Shown here piece after piece: positions 25,401-40,170 of a DNA stretch of 64,000 nucleotides. The stretch is from the human T2T-CHM13v2.0 reference genome, Homo sapiens, in assembly GCF_009914755.1 (NCBI RefSeq), contig NC_060925.1; one strand, 5' to 3'. How positions within the stretch are numbered: position 1 is the first letter of the stretch; the number at the start of each line of letters is the position of its first letter. The notes beneath the pieces were generated by a model. That model made no database searches. It was not told the DNA's origin and saw only the letters and a list, made by a program, of their open reading frames with translations. The position numbers were made by a program, and so were the translations under genes.

Positions 25401-28144
25401 TGCTGTTCTCTCCATTATTATTAAGAATTAAATCCTTTTCCATGGATTTTTTAAAAACAAAAAACTTTTGCATACACAATTTACACAAATATGCAGCTAA
25501 CTGTTGTTTCACTCTGAGTCAGCAGCTGAATGGTGTCTATCGTTTGCCAAGTTTAAAAATAGATGCTAGTCTTCTATTAACACTGGGTTCAAGAAAATTT
25601 AGGTTTAGCAATGGGTATCACTTGCATTTATTCCCATTTCTAGCTTAGAGGTCTTTGGAAGACTGTTTAGAAAACCTTTGGGCAATGAATAGTCTTACAA
25701 AACAACATTTGATGAGTTGGAATAAATGAATTAGAAACATATGGACCAAATTTCCCCAAAAATACATCAGGGTTGAAAAATTAGGGAGAAAAAAACACTT
25801 GGCTTTTCTGAAATATGTAAAGGCTAGCTTGAGAGACTTGACTAACCAAAAACTCCACAGCATTTTTGCACCACATATTGGCAAGAACTTGAGCTTCCTC
25901 TTCACTGACTTTTGGTACTGTTCATCAATTTCTCCCTTTCCAATGCAGGAATTTAAAATTATTATATTGTTTTCTCCAGGATTCTAAGACTCTCAAAAGT
26001 ATATGCATGGAAAACCTAACCCATTTATTACAAACATTATGTGCTGATGAAAAAAATGTATGCTATATAAATATTTATCTTATAAAAATTGACATAATTT
26101 ATTGAACAAAATGCACAGCTTACAAAATAACTAATACTTATAACCAATTACTATCGTTGTGGGTATCAACAAAGTGATGGAAAGAAGTTATAATGTTCAG
26201 TTTAGTTAAGTCTGTCTGGGGCAGCTTTAGTAGCTCTGGTGTTCTTTGAAAGTCATAGAAGCAGGTCACTTTAATATTACAGGTGCCACAGTCTCTTCTT
26301 GATTTAACCCCAGGCTCAAACCACATTAAGCTACCTAGATCTCGCTTCTGTTATTATACAAGAAAGAATAAGAATTGTCCTAACTGTTCATATCTAATGG
26401 AAGTGGTGAACACAACCAACCAATTAAGAGGATGGGATACCAATGGATGTGTGGGTGAGGGGAGGGGAAGTTACATTACATTAATGCTTATTCCAGCTCC
26501 TTCTTACTTATTCATAATAGGTGGGTTAGGTTTTCCATGCGTATACTTTTGACAGTTAGAATTTTACTGTTCTTCTCACTTAATTTTAGAATGTTTTCCT
26601 TTTATCTAAATTCTAAACAGATTCTTCCCTGCTTTTAACGAAGTTGAATCGATGGTCATTAAAAAATATATATATTTCTTTCAGTAACTCTAATGAGTTT
26701 CCCATTTACACTGAGTAACTTTATGAGGCTGAGATGAGAACATTAAAAGGATCATCATTTATTACTAGTCTGAAAATTATCAGTGAAACGACAACTAGAA
26801 CTGAGGGCTTTCTGCCTTCACCTTTCTTTATATAACCCAGGAACCCATTTGTTTTGTAACAAGAGAGGGCAATGAGTAATACCTCTGATCTCCTATCTGT
26901 TAAAGCCTTTTCTAGCCCTTCCCAGCTCTGAGGGCTTCCTCTAAACTGCTGTAGTCTTTGTCTGAACTAATTCAGCATTTATCTTAATGTGCAAGGCCTT
27001 ATTCACTAACATTCCATGTGCATGTATCTGTATCTGTCTAATCTACCCATTCAAATTGAATATTCCAAAGATAGGAACAGCTTATGCATCATAAAACCCA
27101 CAGACTTATAATGCATATGGAGTGTATGCAAGACACAGCCTGTTTATTATTCCTTTTTTGGTCATGTTAGTAATAACCAACTTGTCTGATATATGTTTCA
27201 CTAAATAAGCTCAAATACTTCATGGAGTGCATAAAGTTAATAATTTGAATACACATTCCCAGATTTCATTACTTTTAACAATATATTATGCTAGTTCTAG
27301 AATACATGTACTTGCAGTATACCCACATGCAGAAATTCCTTCAGCTCTAAACTTTTACACATTTCCTTTCTTCTCAGTTTATATTAATGTGGGCTGTTCC
27401 ATAAGCAACATGGCTCTCCTTTCAGAAAAGGTTCAATTTTATTTTATTTTATTTCTCAAGGTGGAGTTTATTATTTTGAGTCAACTTGATAAATTGTAAG
27501 ATTCAATATTAGACAGTTGGGTAATGTATGTTTTATTTTGTTTTAATGTGCTGCATTTATTATACTTCTCTGTCCTGAACCAAGTGGCCTTTTTATTATT
27601 AAAAATCTAATGAAAACAAAGTTCACAAAGAACCATTTTAAAGAATACACTTATCATTTTTTTCTAGTAGGTGGACTTACAAGAACCTGTTTTTATAGGT
27701 CTGAGCATGAATGACAAGCTGTTTGCTTGAGATTTATGTAGAATTTATAGTAAAAATGAAGTTTACATTTATTTTAAAACTAAATTAAGTGGATTCAGAA
27801 GCCATTTAAATAAAAAGTTGATTGAAATCTGAACCATGACAGTTTCTCAATAAGGAGCATTTGATATCTTTCTAATAGATTTGTTTTACTGAAGAGAAGT
27901 TTTAAATTAAGGTCAGGCTGGGGAAGAATAACAGGACTATTCTCAATACTTTTTATTAGAAAAATTATTATACTCACATTGTATTTATATCAGTTTATTT
28001 CAATGCACTTTTTTTGTAACACAGTCAACAATCACAACTTATCCATAGCCACCTTGTGGTTAATAATTTTTACTAAATCTTGGTCATCCCTTTGCATCTG
28101 GGTATCAATAATGAATCATTTCAAACTTACATTGACCCACTAGC

Positions 28145-28592
28145 TGCTGAGAAACAATTCTCCATGAGTCTCTCAAGGTTTTGCATGACTTGTAAGCAGA
28201 GACACAGACTGACTTTGTTCTGGGTTATCTTTTTAAGGATGTTTGAGTATAGAACAGCTTTAGGAGGGAGATAGAGATAGTAAATCCTCCAGAGATAAAG
28301 ACAGACAAGCTTAGTGATTATTTAAAATGATTTGGGACCCCCTTAGCTCAAGGTTTCTCTCTTTTAATACAACCCACTACATTTGCGGGCCCTTTTTGCA
28401 TCACCCTATTAGGCCCCAAGGAACCTGCACAAGGAAGTGCTGATGCTCTGGCTACTGCTGTTGTTATGAGCAACAAACTCCATTGTCTCTGACCCAGGAG
28501 TCTCGTGGTTTCCGCAGACTCCATGAAACTGGCAGCCTAATTTGTTAGTTTATAAGTAAGGGACAATCTCAGCCCCTTCACAGTTCTTAGCA
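28145..28592 (+). mobile_element. LTR47-like ERVL solo LTR
   Basis: tgctgagaaacaattctccatg...tgtctctgacccaggagtctcgtg...ccccttcacagttcttagca. Near-TSD ctagc/ctagt. Confidence 0.75.
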
Positions 28593-29749
28593 CTAGTCTT
28601 GCATTTTCTGAATTGCTTTAAAAAAATTCCTCTTTGACTGTATGAAGTTAAGGCTGCATAAAGACAAGACTGCTGGTTAAAAAATGAAAAATTCAGTCAA
28701 GTGTCCAGTGGAATGATTTGTGTTGAAACTAGATTATTTTATTAAGTGACTGAGTTGACTCATTGTTTTTCTAATGTCTAAATAGTTTAAGTTGGTTAGC
28801 ATTTTAAAGATTAAAACAAAAAGTAAAATGGTTTAATTTTCAATTTCCAGTGTATTGTTTCGAAATCACACAGAGAGGATTGATTTAGTCCCTTTTTTCT
28901 TATTGAAGTTTAATTAATAGATTGTTTATTTCATGGTTGAGGTTATGTGATGCTTAATGGGAGGAGCACGGATGTGATAGTGGTCAATAGGTGGGGCTCT
29001 GTATCTGGCGCTTGAGGATTTGGGCTTCAGCCCAAGTCCGACAACTTAACCATTGGAATAAGCTGGAGCATCTGTAATATGGATGTGATGACATCTGTCT
29101 GATCTTGTTTTTCTCCTCCCCAATCAGCAATGATTTTGCAAATACATTTGAATAAAATGAACTTTATTAGAAACAAAATTCATGAAAATGATGAGCTAAA
29201 ATTATACAAGTGAATAAGACAAAGATGAGCCCAAGGTCCTAGGGGAGACCTTCATTGAACCAGAGCACAGAAACATGTCAAAGAAAGTCAACAAATTCTA
29301 AATGCCTCAAAACTAGGAATCCAGATGAGAATGAAATGGATCCATGGTTTTACCACAGACTTCATTTAGAATCTTGACCAAATACTATGAGGACTAGCTA
29401 AAAATTAACAGCAAGATCTTAACATGTATCCTTATTGTACTTAATTAACCTGAGGTTAACTCTCTAATAAGTTGTATATTATTCTAAATTTATGGTAATA
29501 GCTCAATTATTTTTAGTTACTCTTTTTACCACTTTCAAAATGTTGCAGCTGAAAGAATATTTTCAATACTATTCTAAATAGGGATCTGGGATAGACCTCC
29601 ATGGCTCAAAATTCTGGTATCAGAATGAAATAAACTACGAACATTTCTCACTATAGGATGCAAATTTAGGTGGCTTATTTCATTGTGCTTTACTTCACTC
29701 TGTGGCACTCATGTCATCATTCTGCACCTTCTTTTGCTATTCTCATCTA

Positions 29750-31300
29750 GTGATCTCACCTTCTCTTTATAGAGCTCCTTCATCTTCCTTCTCTCTGGAC
29801 TTTGCCTTCGCATATCTACCCACTATCCAACCATTCCTTTTTTTTTCTTCCACTTATGGTAGAGAAAAGTAAGTCACTCTTCTTTCCTAAAGGTGGTATC
29901 TCCACAGCTAATTGTATTTCCATTCACACTTGTCTTTCTCTGATTTTTCTTTAAAGGCAATTCCCTTTAAATTCTGTAGCAACTTGAATTCTCATTTCTT
30001 AAGGAAAGATTCCCCTCCACCTAGGGCTTGTGGATCCTGAGAAAATCTTTTCTGAGATCTGCTGCCCCCTCAAAATGAACACTCAGTCCTTCTTTGAGTT
30101 ATGGAACTTCCAACAGAACATGCTGCTACACTTCTGTATTCATTGGTAAACTCACTGTAGTTTGTCTTCCCCTACACCATTTGCCTGCAGTTGTTCACTC
30201 AAAGAAACCAGTGAACCCCCATTGTTTTCTCAGACCATATCCAGTTTTTATTCTTTATAGCATTTGACACTGCAAACTATCTACCTTTCTGAAAGTGGCT
30301 CCTCCTTTGACTTCTGGGCATTGCACGATTCTCGTCTCCCTTCTCTTTCCAAACTCTTTTGTCTCTCCTGTACTTACTGTTTGTCCTCCTCCCATTCTCT
30401 AACTGGGAGTCTTCCCCCAGGATTTATCCTTTTATACTTTGCAACTATTTTACGTGTATTTTATCAGAATTCTTCATCTTATGGTTTTAAATAAGTCCAC
30501 AGCATAAGTGACTTCCTGTTTTATATCAACAGCCTTAACATTTTCTTGACATCTCTCCCAAATTATCATTGTCTCTTGAATATTACTGCCCCACCCTAAC
30601 CGCTCCAGCTCTATATGTCTGGGACCTAGTTCATGTTTCTCCCCTGAGCCTGCTCTCCCTTTGACATCCCCAGACTTCCTAATGGTTAAATAGTTTCTAT
30701 AATAAAATGATTGGAGTTCTCCTTGACTTCTTCTATTTTACTTGTTCCAAGGAGTCCATTAAAATATCCAGTCAATCCTTGCTTTGAGATGTTTCTGAAA
30801 ATATTTCATTTCTTTCCAAACTCGCTGTATCCTATATGTACATTAAACCTCCCCCAACACACATATTCAGTGTCTTATTACTGAACTTTTTTTCTGAGAT
30901 GGCTTCTTAACATCTTCCACCCACAAAATCCTCCCCATATTTATCCTATATGTGACTCAAAGCTCTACTCACATATCATTTTGTCCTCAGTATTTTTCCT
31001 AATCATAATAGTCAGAAATGATAACTTTCTTTTCAGCACATGATTTGTAATGCTTAAACTTCAATTAATAAATAGGAATATTTCTTTCTGTATTTATAGA
31101 ACTATAGGTTAGAGAGTGTCTTCAAATATAATATATCAGGTAACCATCACTTGTTTATCATTATTATATGTTTGTACACATATTTAATCACCTCTATTAG
31201 AAAATAAACTCTCATGAGAATTAATATCTTGTATTTTTCTCCACAGTAACCATATAGCAACTTCCACAGAGTAGATGTCCTAAAAGATTAATGGAATGTG
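29750..31300 (+). mobile_element. Highly decayed L2 fragments
   Basis: Pyrimidine-rich L2-like text (gcatttgacactgc...ccttttgacttc...ggagtcttcccccagga...gagtagatgtcctaaaagatt). Boundaries uncertain. Confidence 0.5.
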
Positions 31301-32019
31301 TAATTTAATGGATAAAATGACAATGATCCTAAGCATATACCCACATGAAGCTGCCTCTGTTTTCTCCTCTCCCTTACCAGAAAGCTGCTGCTGCTTGTGA
31401 TGAATAGTTTTTTGGGGATTTGGTTTTGTTTTGGATTCATGAATTAACTCTCATTCTAAGATGCAATTAGGAAACTGTAAGTTATAATTAAATATCCAGA
31501 GAAATGATGTACATGTGTGCTGCTGGAAATACATTTCTAAGGCAAGTTTTGGTGAGAACACAAACAGACTTTAACTTGATGCCTGCATGAGGTGAACCCT
31601 AATAGGTTAGGAGGAGATCTGGGGTGGGTGAGGTGGAGAGCAATCCCATCCATTTCCCTTCACCTTTCTTTCTTTTGCTTCCTCCAAACACATATTGGAA
31701 AGGTCACTGCTGTTCAGAAGAAGGTTTTTGAAAAAAGGGAGGAAAATGAAAGGAAGGAAGCATGGACAGGACATGGCTATAGCAGGCTTGACTCAAAGGC
31801 AAATTTTGACTACTTCATTCCAATGCTGTCCCTGTCTTCCAACCCCCTCAATGTGATACTCACACACTCAACGAGTGGTTCTCCTTTATCCCTGTGATGT
31901 GTTTTCCATCCTATTCTATTTATATCAGTTCCTCTGGCCCCAGGGTCAGCAATGTTTGGAACATGGAGTTGTACAAGGAAAGGCTGCCCTCTAGGAAAAT
32001 CCACAGAAGGGAGTCCAGG

Positions 32020-32496
32020 TATTACTGAAACACCAGGGGTTTGGTCTAGGGCTTGTTCCTCACCTCACAGAAAGCCAGTCACTGAGACTATGAGTATTGC
32101 CAGGGAAGAAGGCTTTATTGGGGTGCTGCAGCCAAGGAGATGAGAGATCAGTCTCAAATCTGTATCTCTAACTGACTAAAATTGAAAGTTTATACAGCAA
32201 GGAAGGAGTGTGACTATGTGTGGGAAAACAGGAATTAGAAAGGGTAAGGAAGGAAAGGTGGCCAACTGAAAGCAGGTGGTCAGTTAGGGAAACAGGAATT
32301 AGGGACAAGTAAGGAAGAGGAGTGTCAGTTCCTTGATACCGTCTGGGAGAACTGAGGGTCTTTCTGAGAAAGGAACTCAGATAAGACAAACATAAGTTTC
32401 AACTTTTAAGACCAGGAGGGTCAATTTCTATTTTTTTTTTTTTTTTTTCAAAAAAGCCATAAACATCAGTTCTATGGGAAAATAGGGCCAGTTTCA
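32020..32496 (-). mobile_element. ERV1 (MER4-group, MER66/LTR26-like) solo LTR
   Basis: tattactgaaacaccaggggtttggtctagg...gagtattgccagggaagaaggctttatt...aggaactcagataagacaaac...catcagttctatggg...gtttca. Confidence 0.8.
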
Positions 32497-34049
32497 TAAG
32501 AGGGCTTTGGTACTGAGCATCCATTTGGCACACAAACATGTGTGCAGGAAAAGAATGAAAAGATAGGGATGCTGGCAGAGAGACGCTGTGTTGAACCAAC
32601 TTTCCAGGACATCCCCAGGAGACCTGTGAAGACAGGTGGAAGGTTTGGGGGAGAATCAGAGCTTAATGTGTATGTGATCATATTTACACATATAGGCTGG
32701 TAGCCCCATAAGTGGGGGGCCATAAAAAAGAAGTTGCAAATTAGAAAGTAAAGGTTAACTAGAAGCTGGAGACCAAGGTGGAAACACCTGATTAGAAGGG
32801 AAACAGAGACCAGGAAGAGCACGCCCTGCCTCTCTGAAACCTGGGCAGAGAGAGAGAAGAGCTCAGCCTGGGGAAGGTAATTTGAAATGTATTTTAACAA
32901 ACACCAAAACCCCTATTTTGTTTCTTTTATTTGAGACTTGACAAATCTTGTTTATTATAGGTAACATGTGTTTTTAAACCACACAAGCACCTCTGACAGT
33001 ACTTCAATTTTGCTTCTTGTTAATCTTCCTCTTTTTTAGCCTCTTTTCTGTGTTTTATTCACATTTCTCTTAAACTGACATCATCAATTTTGCTCTTATT
33101 AACCATGATTTTTCAAAAATGCTCCTTGATTTTTTACCTTATTACCACTTTTCCATTTCCTTTCTCTTATCCTTATTTCTGGACAAGCTGCTATGCCCAG
33201 GGTTTTGATTAATTCACTTTTTGGCCATTCTTTTTCTTTTTCTTTTCCTTTTTAGCTAGGTCTGGCTTTTGGCTTCTGAATGTATCAGTGTTCTCCCTTG
33301 CTCCATATGCTAATTAACAACCAATACCCCCAAATTCTTTCATTAAAAAGTAGTCTTGATACAAGAACTGTTTAAGTCAGAACCCTCCATATTTCCTTCT
33401 TTGTCACTGGCAAAAAGCTGTGAGAAGGATTCTTGATGCCTCCACAATCACCGGGGCCTTGTCCTGAAACAAAGAAGACTGTCCAGGCTTTGTTACTCAT
33501 CAGAACTAAAATAATACCACCTCCCAGGATTCTGTCACTTTTTGTTTTCCCTTTTATTCAAAAGGAAAAATAGCATGTAGCTGCCAATAGATGCTGTGAT
33601 CTACAAAATATTTGCACAACATAATTTATTTTTTTATTAAGAGGTGTGGCTAGAATGATTCAAATAACCCATTACTTTCTTCTCACATGTCCTGCCATCC
33701 CTGTCAAGAAATAATGAATTCAACTTTTGTCAGAAAAACTTCTTTCACTGGATGAGACAGGTCAATTGGGTGCATGAAGCATATTTTCCCTTCTTTTTCA
33801 CAAAAGGCTCCAGATTCTCCTTGATGCACAGAAAAAAAAAAAATCACCAGGCCCTTGAGCTCCCCCACAGGAGCAGCCAAAAGAAAAGCTTAAAATATGT
33901 TCCTTGGCAGAGAAATGCTCTTATTCCCATGGAAAAGAAAAAAAAATAAAATAAGAAATCTGGATTATTGCTCATCTGAGGGCCATGTGGGTCTCCAAAT
34001 AGACTTTGTAGCAAATATGTGCTTCCTGTGATCCAGCAGTGAGCACTGC

Positions 34050-34210
34050 TAACCTGGCCAAGTCAGCAAAGAGGGAAAGTCAATTTCACATGGGAGCCTT
34101 GTCCATAAAACAAACGCAGCTCTGCTCAGGTTGTGTGTATTGCCCAGCTGCTGCCTTTATGTAGAAGTCAGGCAAACCCCACTTCCACAGTGCCAGCCAC
34201 GCCCTCTGGG
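34050..34210 (-). promoter_or_regulatory. Candidate minus-strand core promoter / first exon
   Basis: Non-repeat GC-richer patch with KLF/SP box CCACGCCC (34197-34204), ETS GGAAGTG (minus, 34186-34180) and TATA-like TACATAAA (minus, 34163-34156). CA initiators lie about 25-30 nt downstream, and there is a CAG|GTTAGC donor at 34054/34053. Confidence 0.4.
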
Positions 34211-34559
34211 CCATGGGCCAGTGGTCATTTCCAGCAGCAGAGACTGAGGGCAGGGCAGGGTTGGAAGGAGCTGCTGTAGTGAGTGAAGTGAGAACACCGG
34301 CCAACGTGGGAGCAAAGTAGCAAGCCAAGGCTTGGTTGGGGTCAATTCGTGTGGGTCTGTAAATCTCCTTCATGGATCATTAGTGCTGAAAGGGGCCTCT
34401 GCAGGTCATTCTGTGTATTCCTCAGCTTCTTCTGGGTCACTTCCACACATGGTTTTCCTTCCAGGTCTGATAGATTTTCAAGAAAGAATATGTCTTCAGT
34501 CTTCTTTTTTTATCTCCTAAATTCTCCATTTCATTCTTCTTGAGTACTGATATACTCGA

Positions 34560-34722
34560 CTAATTTGACCTAATAAGCTAAAATTTTAGGTAGTTAAATC
34601 ATCAGGTTTGATTACTGTACAGTCTATGGTAAATATGCAGCCAGCTGTCTAGCAAATGTTCAGAAGAGCCAGAGAGTGTGCATGAAGCTGTATAATCTAT
34701 TGCCTTTCCCGGGAGAAAACCC
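34560..34722 (+). mobile_element. MamSINE1-like ancient tRNA-derived SINE fragment
   Basis: cagccagctgtctagcaaatgt...agagagtgtgcatgaagctgtataatctattgcc...ggagaaaac resembles the remembered MamSINE1 3' part. Confidence 0.4.
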
Positions 34723-34959
34723 CATATTTACATATTTTTTCAACAAATAATTGATTGAGTGCCTGCTATATATCAGAAACTTCCTAGAACTTCCTTTGCC
34801 ATCCTGTCTCTAATGGCAAAGGATGAAAAAAAGACAAAAATCTCCACTTTGTAGAATTTACATATCTTGGTGATGGAGTAAAACATCATCTCTAATATAA
34901 AGGCAATCTCTACTATCACCATCTCAGCTATTATATCATTGACTGCTACTGTAGTTCAT

Positions 34960-35130
34960 ATGATTATTTCATTTTAGACTGACAACAATTCATGCAGTAG
35001 GGAACATCATTTCTTTTTCATAAAAGAGAAAATTGGGCTTTAGAGAGGTTACGTAACTTGCTCAACACTGTGAAAAGGTGAAAACAGGTCTGCTGATTTC
35101 AGAGCCTGGCTCATAACCACTGGACTGACT
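34960..35130 (-). mobile_element. MIR
   Basis: gacaacaattcatgcagtagg...gagaaaattgggctttagagaggttacgtaacttgctcaa. Confidence 0.7.
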
Positions 35131-35229
35131 ACATACAAATAATTGACCTAGATAGTCCCCACGTCTTGACCCTCTTTATTTTAGTGCTCTTGAAAGTATT
35201 CCCAGAGAAATCCTTTTTAGGATGGTTAT

Positions 35230-35500
35230 AGACATATAGTTCATTCAGTTCAGCATGAACTGAGAAACTACTCTGTGTTAGGAGCTAAACTAGAAGTTGA
35301 TAACACAGTGAAATGTGATCCCCAGCTTCACAAAACTTTGATATATGGAGAGGAAAGAGGTGTAGGCAGTATGATGAGGTAAATGCTATGAGAGAGATGT
35401 GAACAGACTGTTAATGAAGCATAATTTGAAGCATAAAATAAGGGCATCTAAGCCCATCCTCTGATAGGGAAAGTTCCTCAGGGATGATAACATCAAGTAA
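35230..35500 (-). mobile_element. L2 fragment
   Basis: ttcattcagttcagcatgaactgagaaactactctgtgttagg...atgatgaggtaaatgctatgagagag. Confidence 0.55.
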
Positions 35501-35511
35501 AGAAGAAAAGA

Positions 35512-35636
35512 GTGTGCGTGCATGTGATCATATGCCTGTGTGCATGTGTACCTATGCATGCATGTATGTATGTGTACTCATGTGCATATGTGTGTATGCA
35601 TGTTTGTGTGTATGTGCTTGTGTGTTCATGTGTGTA
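35512..35636 (+). repeat. Degenerate (TG/CA/TA) alternating purine-pyrimidine repeat
   Basis: gtgtgcgtgcatgtg...tatgcatgcatgtatgtatgtg...gttcatgtgtgtag. Confidence 0.85.
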
Positions 35637-38059
35637 GTGATCAAGAGGGCAGCATGAAAACAAAGTGGAGAGAGTGGGAATCAGTCTGGCAACAGGACAC
35701 AGTCATGAAACAAAATGGTACATTGGATAAACTTAAGAGTAGCACCTTTTAAATTTAGACTAAGAAAAACTTCCAGGCTTGATCTTACTCTGCCCATCAC
35801 TTATACTCAAGCCTCTCACTGTGTATGTTTATCTTGCTTTAATCTCTAAAATAACAGGGAAAAATAGTAACATGATCTTAGAAATGTCTTCACCTCCACT
35901 CTTTTTACCTAGCAATTGGATTTTCTTGGAGTAATATAAGCCATTACATTATTCAATGATGCCTTTGATTTCACTGCAAACTGCTGAGATTAGAGTGAGG
36001 TTCCATTGCATATTAAAAACAAATAGTTTTCCAAAGCAGAATTTTAACCTGTAAACTCTAATGTACCTTCAAATTAATTTGTGTGGATAGAGATGGATAG
36101 AGTGAAGAATTTTAAAAGGTGTCTATTTTTTAAGTGATTTTTTATAGCATCAGATGCTCATGTTTTCCATTCAGATCGATGAAGCCACAGCCTGAGATCC
36201 ACATGCATGCCCTGCCACACTGTATATGTTTTCAATCAGTTCTACAAGGTTGTTATTTTTTTTTTCAATGTCAAAACTTAACCCACACACGGTCTCATGA
36301 GGCATAGAGATGCCTAAGCCACAATGCTGGGTTGTAGGACCTAATATCCGTGTAATGATGGGATTGGCTGCAGGGCACATTTGGAAATAATCTTCAGCTT
36401 TTGGAATTGAGACCAAGGGCAGGAAATAATAAAACTGTGTGAAGCTACACTGCCTCCTCCTTCTGTTCCCAGCATTCTGCACTTTGGTAGAGAATATCTA
36501 CATTTCACTGGGTTCAGGGAAACATTGAGCATTGCCAAAAGATAGCAAAGTGTAGAGCTGAGCAGAGTGAGTGAGCACCTTGGAGAATGAAGTAGAGGCA
36601 AGAGGGCATTTGGCAACAGTGGAGGCTGCAACCGATATGCAGATGTTGGAGGTCTCCAAACATCTCATCAAACAAATAGACCAAGGGAAATGCTTTTCTA
36701 AGTAGCATGCACTTAACCCAGGAAACTCGATGACATATGATTTTTATTGAGCCAAGGAACTCTGTACTTTTGTCAAAGAGCTGGACACTGTGATGAATAT
36801 GAATAACATCTGTAGCTCAGCTAAGTGGGGTGAAAGGGATGAGCTTGATCCATCTTCTGGCATTTGCTGCTGAAACCAATTCCTGGCAGGGCTTCTGCAA
36901 GAGGGTGAGGAGCCCAGTGGGTCAGGGGCCATTTTCTGAAGTATTTGTTCATCTTGCTCTGAAATATTACAACAAACCATAGATAGAAAACAAAAAGACC
37001 AGGAGCCTTGTTCAACCTCTGCTGTGACTACCTAAAGCTCTGAAGATCTTTCTACTATATTTGTAGTGCAGCTTCTGTAATATCATTCCCACTTATTTGC
37101 ATTGTTATCTAGTATTTGCCAAATAGATTAACAGTTTCAGACAGAACATATTGGACAATTATTAGATTAGACAATACATAGTAATTCTCAGACTTACACA
37201 CATATACACTTTCTCTCAGGACCTTTTCATTTGCAGATATCCTGCTGTTAAAATAACTTACTGGTAGCTCATTGTTGGGATGAGAATATTTACTCTGGCC
37301 TAGGAGTACAAGTGGTATAGAAAAGAGGAAAGGGAATAATAGAGCAGAGAGAGAAAGGAATTAAGGAGGGCACATCATCAAAGAGAAATCTCTCTATACT
37401 TAATGTTACTAACCCACTCTCATGAGGATCATCCAATTACCTGTCTAGCATTAAAATAGCAGGGTCTATGTCATGAATGCCACTGGCTTATGTCTGATAA
37501 TAACCAAATACTTCACCGAGAATGCCCTTATGTTCACTTTATCCCCAGCCTATCCATTTCATTGATGGCGAATGTTCTTATAAGGGAAATAAAAACACAT
37601 CAAGAAGTTGTTGCTGAATCTGGGAAAGTAGCAAATCATGCCTACATTTTCTATTTTATTCCCAAAGTTATTCACAGTGTTTTAAAGCAAAACAGAAGAT
37701 GTTTTTGATGCACTAAGACTCTTAGTAAACAAATACAAACAATTAATTAGGGCATTGAATGAATAAACCATAGACACTTCACCTAGGAATGTGCCATTGG
37801 CAATGGGAAATTATCTGGTAGTTGGAATTAAGCTAAAATATTTATAAACTGCCAGTCTGTCATGTAGATGGCAAAAAGTCACCTCCAAATTCCACTTTGG
37901 TGGAGATTTGTCAGAGATTTCAGGGCTTTGTAACTTCTAATTCTAATTCTAGGCACAGCATGTTAGATTTTTGTAAATTCTATTTTTAATGTTGCTAATA
38001 TTTTTCCATTGATATAACTATGGCTTCTAAGAGCTACATCTGCTCCACTCTATAGAGGA

Positions 38060-38600
<541 letters not shown>

Positions 38601-40170
38601 TTAGTACTTTTCCTTTCTTCAAGTGTCCTTCCAGGAACGATTTAATAGGCATACCTTCCCCAACCCAATTTCTGCTGAACAATAAGCCTAGAGACAAAGT
38701 TTCCCCTCAAGGTAGCTGCATGTTCATTGCATCACCACTAGCCCAGCTTAGGCTCTGTTCATCCAGTGTTTGGCTTACTACTCCCTGGATGGTTTTTCTG
38801 GTCCTAGTTAGTCTACCATATAATCTGTCTTTCTCAGTACTGATTCTTCTCAAATAAAATATTTACCATGCTATCCTTTTGCTCAAAAACATTCAATTAT
38901 TTCTTATTTTCTATAGTGTCAAAACTAAACGTTGACTTCTGATTCCAACTGTCATGCGTAACTGGTACCTACTAGCCCTCCTGCTGCAAGCAGCTACAAA
39001 ACCGGACTAAATTATGAGACAATTTTAAGACATTGAAAAGCTGTCAGCACAAGAATGTAATGTTTAGGAGAAGTGAAACCGAGGATGTAAGCCTTTCTAT
39101 CACCTCAGATTTTTGCCTGGAGGCATTTACTAGATCCTGGCACAGGAAGGAGCAATCAAAGCAGATCATGTTGGTCTCATTGAGCTAAGAAGGCAGATTG
39201 GTGCTCAGAGAGGCTGAAACCATGGGAATTTGTGAAGCACAATACCAGATAGGAGGTAACTATGCAAAGACAGAGCACTAGATTCTACATAATGGTTCCT
39301 TCAGTGTTTACTTGAATGCCAGGTTTACATGCCATAGACACAGTGAGAAACCATGAGTCCTGGGGAAGGACAACTATTGGAGACAGATAAACTGTTGGGG
39401 AGCTCAGCCATTTCTAAAAGTGGCACAGTGCTGGAAAAGGTTTGTGCTTTCACCAACTGGAATGTAGACACTTTCTAGAACATCAAAGGCATTTGATAGG
39501 AGGACAGGACCTCAGGAGTAAACTAAACTAGCTCTAAAGGAAAGCTATGTTAGACACACCAGAGTGAAGCTTTAAAATAAGCATGAAAGGATAAAGCAGC
39601 TAATAGCCCATGTAACTTAACTGCCTACTCAAATAAAATTCAATCCTCTTTAAAGAAAGAAAACAGAATTCACACACTGGACAACACAAAAATCATTATG
39701 TCTAGCATCTGATCAAACATTTCTAGATGCGAAGAAACAGGAAAATATGACCCATAAACAGGGGAAACTTTACCCAATAGAAATACATCAAAATATGACC
39801 GAGAAATTGAAATTAACAAACAAAAACTTGAAAATCACTATTATAAATGTTTAAGAGCTAAATGAAAACATGAATATAATAAAGAGACATGGAAATTATA
39901 AAAAAAAATCTCTGGAACTGAAATAGATATTTGAAATTTAGAACAATCACTGTGTGTACATAATAACAGATTAGACACTGAAGAAGTTAAGATCAAGGAA
40001 CTTGTAAACATGGAAGTAGAAACAGTCCAAACTGAAGTACAGAGAAGAAAGAGAGAAGAGATGAATAGAGCATCAGTGAACCAATGGATAATATCAAGTC
40101 TATCATACAGTCTCACAAGCAAAGAAGTGGAAGGAAAGATACTTAAAGAAAAAAATGGCAAAAGTTCCAC

